Assembly (NCBI GenBank): GCA_050298595.1
Contig: JBNKUM010000088.1
Span: 1 to 12,443 of the forward strand
DNA: 12,443 bases
Reading direction: 5' to 3'
Source: Gammaproteobacteria bacterium
Lineage (GTDB): Bacteria > Pseudomonadota > Gammaproteobacteria > GCA-001735895
Shown here: piece after piece, positions 7,238-12,443 of the stretch
Layout of the letters: every line of letters begins with the position of its first letter
How positions within the stretch are numbered: position 1 is the first letter of the stretch
Translations under genes and position numbers: made by a program
Notes under the pieces: generated by a model
Told to the model about the DNA's origin: nothing
Database searches by the model: none
What the model saw: the letters and a program-made list of their open reading frames with translations, nothing else

Positions 7238-7774
7238 CTACGGAAAATATATATCAATATCTACCCAACCGTTAATTTTGCCCCCCGTCCATATTCGGTT
7301 TTTCCTCCATCTAATGTAGTCCATTTTAGCAGACCGCCCACCCTGCCCGCTATCGATCGTGTCGATGAAAATATAGTCGTGGACATCGTAAATAATCCCA
7401 ACATGTCCAAATTCCTGTTTGTTACCTTTTCCATCAAAATAGGGCATCGAGTAGAAATCACCTGGGCGCGGAGCTCGGCCGGAGCTCGCAGGCACCCAAG
7501 AATTGGGTATGTCCTTGTTACAAAAGTACAGTGAAAGCGGTCCTTTAGCAAGCCAACTGCCCTGCTTGGCGCCAGCCATAACTGCCACGGCTCCGACAAA
7601 GGCGTTACAGGTCGTAAAGTTGCCACCCTGTGTGCCGATAGGATGATTGCTCCACCACGTAAGTAGTTTTTTTGTCGTCCATCCGCCTGTCAACGTCCTA
7701 AAATATGCATCATCTGACGATAGTCCTGATGTTGGGATTTTTTTTAAAATATTTAAAATCTTTTGGCGTTTCAT
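7238..7774 (-). CDS. CHAP/NlpC-P60-like papain-fold hydrolase (putative peptidoglycan amidase/peptidase), no signal peptide
   Basis: 178 aa with RBS GAGGGG. Candidate catalytic Cys in TTCNAFV, a PRPGD motif and His in FGHVGII occur in the order typical of CHAP/NlpC-P60. Confidence 0.75.
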   Translation of the reverse strand: MKRQKILNILKKIPTSGLSSDDAYFRTLTGGWTTKKLLTWWSNHPIGTQGGNFTTCNAFVGAVAVMAGAKQGSWLAKGPLSLYFCNKDIPNSWVPASSGRAPRPGDFYSMPYFDGKGNKQEFGHVGIIYDVHDYIFIDTIDSGQGGRSAKMDYIRWRKNRIWTGGKINGWVDIDIYFP

Positions 7775-8078
7775 TCTATACCCTCACATATTGCGAAGTT
7801 TCCAGGTAACTTCGCGTTATTCAATTATGCTACGCATAGTGGAGTGGAAGCCTAAAGGTAGATGCTCGCTTTTATAAATCCGAATTCCCGCACTTATCAG
7901 ATTTTTCGTGCTCACATTAAGTGATTTTATCGGCAGGCTTTGCTCACTTTATTTGATTTTATCTAGATCTGCGATAGCACCCATCTCCTGTTTTAATAAA
8001 CCACATGTCTCGTTATTTTTTTATGATATCCAACTAATTGGCACGCTAAAAAGTAAATTGCATACAAAGAGCAAACTA

Positions 8079-8977
8079 TTAGTTTTGAATATCTCTTACC
8101 ATGGTGCGTAGAGTATTCAACTCTGACTCTATAGTGTCGATTCGTTCTAGCAGTTGAGCCTGTAATGAACCAGGTTCGTTTACACGCTCACTCCCCCATA
8201 TTTTTTGGACAAACTCAGGGGATCAATAAATGGATTTCGGTTTCCTTGCCAACTGAAAATAATGCTATTCCTCTTTATTTCGTTTGCGCTAACTTTATCC
8301 GAGGCATGCCACTTGTATAAGGTACAAAGCTTGCCAGAATATGGCTCACCATTGTTAGTTTTTCGATCAACTAATTCTAGATCAGAAGTATTAGACCCAT
8401 CTTTTCCTTCATACCTGGTTGCCATATAAAACATCATTCAAGCAACATCACCTTTAATTAAATCAGGGGGCTCCCGGGTTCCTGAACCCTCACGACATAG
8501 AGTGCACTCGGTATCAAAGCTACCACCCACATCGAAGTCGTTATTACTGCGATCACTATTCACTGATCGGTCAGCTGGTCTCAAATGATGAGTATCAGTA
8601 TAAGCGTGTTGAGATTTGTCTGGAAAACCATGGGATTTAGCCCATATATGCCCCCTATTCCAGGAATCCTGATGGTTGCTACCATCATCCTTCCTGGATT
8701 TTGAAATTGATCGTTGTGTATAGATCTCAATGACATTGTCAGGATTTTGAGGACCTTGATCAGCTTCTTTGAGGATTTCCCAAACGCATGGCGTGTAACT
8801 GTACCGGGTATGATTCTTAATGATTGAATTCAGTCCGTTTTTTTGTGCTTCCCCTGACAACCCCGATACAGATGCATAATATTGCGCCAGGTCTACAGGT
8901 GAATGAGGAACTTTATCGCAAGCGGCATAAGCCGAAAAATTGAGTAAGAGTGAAAATAAAACCAGTACAGCTTTCAT
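8079..8977 (-). pseudogene. Secreted endonuclease I / Bsn-like His-Me nuclease, inactivated
   Basis: Joins ORFs 8438..9058 and 8180..8437. Start MKAVLVLFSLLLNFSAYA at 8977. Motifs WNRGHIWAKSHG, DTHHLRPADRSVNSDRSN, KGDVA*MMFYMATRY (in-frame TGA at 8438-8440 where Arg is expected) and QGNRNPFID. A 1-nt deletion near 8218-8221 follows; correcting it gives PEFVQKIWG... ending at TAA 8079-8081. Confidence 0.88.
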
Positions 8978-9225
8978 TGCTTGTCCACCTTCCATTGTCT
9001 GATTTAGACCCCATTTTAAATAAAGCTGGACACATAGCAATAGACTTTTAAGAAACATAGCTTTTTAGACTGCCCCATTCCTACAAAGAGACAGGAATTC
9101 TGGTATATGTGACCTTATGCTTTTGTTTGATTCTATCCGCCGTGATTTGTCTGGCGAATACGCAGTTTAATGAATATTTTGCCAGATTATGGTAAAAAAC
9201 TGTCGGTGACACTTTATGGTATAAC

Positions 9226-9340
9226 GCAATTTCTGCCCAAAAGCAGACATTCTCACAGCTGGATCTAAAGGCAGCAAAGTGCCAATCGGACATTCAAGTT
9301 CAGAAGAAAATTAAGTAAACCGTCCCTGGAATTCTCCCTG
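9226..9340. repeat. Composite intergenic element: paired degenerate hairpin arms followed by a REP-like motif
   Basis: CCCAAAAGCAGACATTC ending at 9252, GGCAGCAAAGTGCCAATCGGACATTCA ending at 9296 and ACCGTCCCT 9319-9327. Confidence 0.45.
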
Positions 9341-9482
9341 ATCCATACAGGTTTTAATCCTAGAGATGTCCATGATGTGCGTAAAGCAGTGGCATTTTCT
9401 GGGAGCTACGGGTCTTTGATTTTTGATCAAGATTTTCTAAGTATTGCAGCCCACAGTTCTGTTTCCTAAATAGCCGCTTCGA

Positions 9483-9535
9483 ACTAAATCAGAACTACTT
9501 CCTGAAACTGCCAGATGTTATCCGAACTTATGCAG
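9483..9535 (+). repeat. 53-bp dispersed direct repeat, copy 2
   Basis: ACTAAATCAGAACTACTTCCTGAAACTGCCAGATGTTATCCGAACTTATGCAG, with 3 mismatches to copy 1. Confidence 0.95.
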
Positions 9536-9540
9536 CTGAC

Positions 9541-9640
9541 TACTCGGCTCTGGCATCCTGCATTGTTCTAGCTTGACCACCCATAGTCTCTTCGCGCGTC
9601 CTTGAGCTCATACCTCCTGCGTCCATGCAATCGTCCTGCT
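9541..9640 (-). other. Array of GGA-loop mini-hairpins (CsrA/RsmA-site-like repeat element)
   Basis: The minus strand has CAGGACG, ATGGACG, CAGGAGG, AAGGACG and CAGGATG plus a degenerate ATGGGTG within 100 nt. Several sit in short stems. Confidence 0.5.
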
Positions 9641-9669
9641 GCCGTTATCTCAAAATTAAAATATTCCCA

Positions 9670-10011
9670 TTATTTTCTAATCACCGACAGAAATGCCTCG
9701 GATAGCTCTCCACGCCCCACCTTGTCCAGGATTTCCTGAGCGATGAACATAATGGTGGATAATGCCCCTGTTAACATCACCATACCCAACTGTAGGTTAA
9801 CCCGTTTATCAGCTAGCGGGTTCATGGTATTTGGATGTTTGGGCGAGGTGAACATCATCTGGATTTCGCCCAGATCTGATGGCATATTTTCGCAACCTCC
9901 GCCTGGGGCAACGTAGGCGAACAGGTCTTCTGCAGATTGAAAGGTAACACTGTCTTCCTTAAATACCTGACCGCCCTTTTTGACATTAAACTCAATAGTA
10001 ATGGGTAACAT
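9670..10011 (-). CDS. Hypothetical protein (113 aa)
   Basis: Clean ORF with RBS AGAGGA upstream and protein-like composition. No family recognised. Confidence 0.75.
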   Translation of the reverse strand: MLPITIEFNVKKGGQVFKEDSVTFQSAEDLFAYVAPGGGCENMPSDLGEIQMMFTSPKHPNTMNPLADKRVNLQLGMVMLTGALSTIMFIAQEILDKVGRGELSEAFLSVIRK

Positions 10012-10274
10012 GATCGTAATCCTCTTATGTGGACCTTATATCAAGTATAAAACGATTGGCTTTGAGGAGTGATGTTTTTAAGTCAAATAATTGAGTTAAA
10101 GTTAACCCTGTTTCAGATTTATCAGTTTCAATAGGAAAACTCAGGAGAAATTAATTAAATTACCTTTCATAACTCATTATCTCATACCGATCACTAGTCA
10201 TTTATCCCTTTGCTAAATTGAAGTAATATCCACCAAACCATAAACTCCTGCCTTTACAAATAAGGAAATCGATT

Positions 10275-11552
10275 ATGGGATTATATCCAGCCGAAAACCG
10301 TTTTGACCTATTGAGTCTTAAAAGCTTCACTTTAGTATTAATTTTTACAACCACTCTGATTACCGGCTGTGGCTCCAGCAGCAACAGTAATAATGATGGC
10401 GACACAGGCGCTCAAACATCTAGAGGCGATCTTGTTGGTCACACTGTTTTAAAACCTGATGTCACAACCACTCAATCAAATGCCACATTCCAGCAACTTA
10501 CAAATTACGGCGTTATAAATACAACAGCTTTGTATGAAGTAGCCAACTACAAAATTAGCTATAAAACGATAAACCCGTCAGGCAACATGATTACAGCATC
10601 TGGTCTGTTAAGTATTCCTCAAAAAGCTAGTAGTGTAAGCAGTCCAATCATGAGTTATCAACACGGCACTATTTTTCTGAATAGCTCAGCACCATCCAGT
10701 AACTATTCGAGTTATTCTCCATCGGTGCTTGCGGCTTCCCTCGGTTACATCGTCTCTTCGCCCGATTATATTGGCTATGGTGACTCATTTGCTAGCAGTC
10801 CCCACCCCTACTCGCACTCTGCAACACTCGCCTCCAGCAGTATTGATATGCTAAGGGCCGTAAAAACTTTCTTACAGGAAAACGCTATCAACACCAATGG
10901 CCAGCTTTTTCTTGCCGGTTATTCTGAGGGTGGAAAAGCGACTATGGCAATGCACAGAGCTATTGAAACTACGCTTAGCAGTGAGTTCCAGGTGACAGCG
11001 TCAGCGCCTGGCTCGGGTAATTATGATATGACTGAAACAGCCACGGCCATTATGAATTCAACAATCCTGACATACCCTGCATATATCGGATGGGTAATAA
11101 AATCATATAACGATATTTATCAGTTGAACGCGCTGAGCTCTATCATTACAACCGCCTATGTAGATACAGTTTCCAACAGTTTCGATGGAACAAAATCTGG
11201 TGATGTGATTAACGATCAACTGACAACGATAACTGCTCAATTAATAAATCCACAGTTTATTTCTGACTACCAGGGAGGTTTAACAACAGTATTTATTGAC
11301 GTCTTAGCTGATAATAATGACTATGACTGGAGCCCTGCTGCACCGACTCGATTATTTCATGGTAAAAACGATTTAACAGTACCCTATTTAAATACCGAGA
11401 ACGCTCATGCAAAGATGGTGGAGAATGGATCTAGCTCAGTCAAGATTGAAAACTGCAACGCAGCTAACAGCGTTACAAATCACGAAAACTGTTTCTACCC
11501 CTACATGGCTTATATCTATGGTTTTTTTGCAGAGTATGCAAATGATCTTTAA
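10275..11552 (+). CDS. Lipoprotein alpha/beta-hydrolase (secretory lipase-like)
   Basis: Lipobox LITG-C followed by an S/N-rich linker. Motifs SYQHGT, PDYIGYG, nucleophile elbow GYSEGG, HGKNDLTVPY (Asp) and TNHENC (His). Confidence 0.88.
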   Translation: MGLYPAENRFDLLSLKSFTLVLIFTTTLITGCGSSSNSNNDGDTGAQTSRGDLVGHTVLKPDVTTTQSNATFQQLTNYGVINTTALYEVANYKISYKTINPSGNMITASGLLSIPQKASSVSSPIMSYQHGTIFLNSSAPSSNYSSYSPSVLAASLGYIVSSPDYIGYGDSFASSPHPYSHSATLASSSIDMLRAVKTFLQENAINTNGQLFLAGYSEGGKATMAMHRAIETTLSSEFQVTASAPGSGNYDMTETATAIMNSTILTYPAYIGWVIKSYNDIYQLNALSSIITTAYVDTVSNSFDGTKSGDVINDQLTTITAQLINPQFISDYQGGLTTVFIDVLADNNDYDWSPAAPTRLFHGKNDLTVPYLNTENAHAKMVENGSSSVKIENCNAANSVTNHENCFYPYMAYIYGFFAEYANDL

Positions 11553-11595
11553 GAGCATACCTTGTAGTATGTCCCCAAACTCAAGATGCCAGTTA

Positions 11596-12321
11596 TTAAA
11601 GCTCAGCTTTAGCCTCAGCTTCTAGCTGCCTGGTTAAACTTATCGGCAAATCGAGTGCTTCGGCCAGGTTAAACAGATGCATGCGCTCGGACATTTGATC
11701 CGGGTCGATCACCAGAAATGAAGCCAGATATACCTCTGACTTCTGGGCGATATCACTTACTCCGCTGGCGATATCCTTAACTGAGATATCCTGTTGTAAC
11801 AGATCAAAAACCAGACCTTTCATTTCAGCTGATAATTTCATTTTCGAAATTGCATCGAATATCTTGCGCTGTTCTTCGGCATCGATATGGCCATCGGCTT
11901 TAGCTGCTGCAATCATCGCCTTAATCAAGGTCAGTTCAAATGCTGGTTGTTGCGTTTCAACAGGATCAATTAAATTTTGTATAGACCTTTCCTGACTGTT
12001 GTTGCCGGTGAAATCAACATCTTGCGATGCAGAATTATTTTGCTGCCAGTTTTTGATTGCCTTATACGCCATACCACCCAGCAACGCTGCGCCACCATAG
12101 GTCACGACCTTGCTGGCTATCTTGCGTCCGGTTTTGCTACCGATTAATAAAGCAATAATACCGCCTGTGGCAGCACCACCGGCAAACCCATCAGGTAATC
12201 GGTTTGAAATCTGGCTCAGCATGTCACCGACACCCGACTGTCTGGCCTGAGTGGCAGGATTCGTCGATGAATCTTGTGTGCCGAGAAACTGGTTTAATAA
12301 CCCCTGGATATTCATATTCAA
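11596..12321 (-). CDS. DUF533 / TerB-like inner membrane protein (YebE-like)
   Basis: LLNQFLG N-terminus, Gly/Ala-rich hydrophobic segments, GGAALLGGMAYKA, LIKAMIAAAKADGHIDAEEQ and EVYLASFLVID...ER. Confidence 0.88.
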   Translation of the reverse strand: MNMNIQGLLNQFLGTQDSSTNPATQARQSGVGDMLSQISNRLPDGFAGGAATGGIIALLIGSKTGRKIASKVVTYGGAALLGGMAYKAIKNWQQNNSASQDVDFTGNNSQERSIQNLIDPVETQQPAFELTLIKAMIAAAKADGHIDAEEQRKIFDAISKMKLSAEMKGLVFDLLQQDISVKDIASGVSDIAQKSEVYLASFLVIDPDQMSERMHLFNLAEALDLPISLTRQLEAEAKAEL

Positions 12322-12443
12322 CCTGTAAATAAATTAATGACATACAGCCTTGTTCTGGCGCAGCAATTTAACAGGCCAGGCTTAAATGAAGCTGAAAACA
12401 AGAGTGATTAACTTCGGTGTTAATTGAAATAATCAGCTTGATA

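Noticed and set aside
6598-7877. ORFs 6598..6780, 7081..7275, 7211..7534, 7261..7626 and 7647..7877
   Set aside because: They overlap better-supported minus-strand genes and show no recognisable motifs.
8109-8133. CTCTGACTC resembling the REP-like motif
   Set aside because: It falls inside the frameshift-corrected nuclease tail (IESELNTL), so it is explained as coding sequence.
8438-8440. TGA as selenocysteine or a recoded Trp
   Set aside because: The family residue here is Arg, other genes in the window end in TGA, and the gene carries additional lesions.
7908-11625. Short ORFs 7908..8111, 8205..8429, 9081..9293, 10202..10405 and 11407..11625
   Set aside because: Antisense or alternative-frame overlaps, or ORFs starting within repeat elements; no coding evidence.

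Overview
Bacterial accessory region, probably gammaproteobacterial (inference from gene content and repeat types). It is a mosaic of envelope-protein genes and decayed fragments. In order: an SDR N-terminal remnant, a HEAT-like repeat lipoprotein, a 5'-truncated IS1182 transposase, an Imm10-like fragment, an AT-rich lipoprotein, a minus-strand three-gene module (CHAP/NlpC-P60-like hydrolase, two-TM protein, exported coiled-coil/TPR protein), an endonuclease I pseudogene, a small hypothetical protein, a lipoprotein lipase and a DUF533 protein. The most striking signal is a gap-free 19-aa Gly/beta-branched motif. It occurs twice at the C-terminus of the two-TM protein and once at the mature N-terminus of the adjacent TPR protein. 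This 2+1 arrangement mirrors amyloid-signalling effector/receptor pairs (HET-s/NWD2, BASS), but here it is predicted to be periplasmic, lacks an NTPase domain and sits next to a lysin-like gene. The module lies between two 53-bp direct repeats. Intergenic DNA carries recurring REP-like motifs (TCTG[AT]CCCC), two of which sit at gene truncation points, plus paired degenerate hairpins and a GGA-motif array. All family calls are by eye, without database searches.
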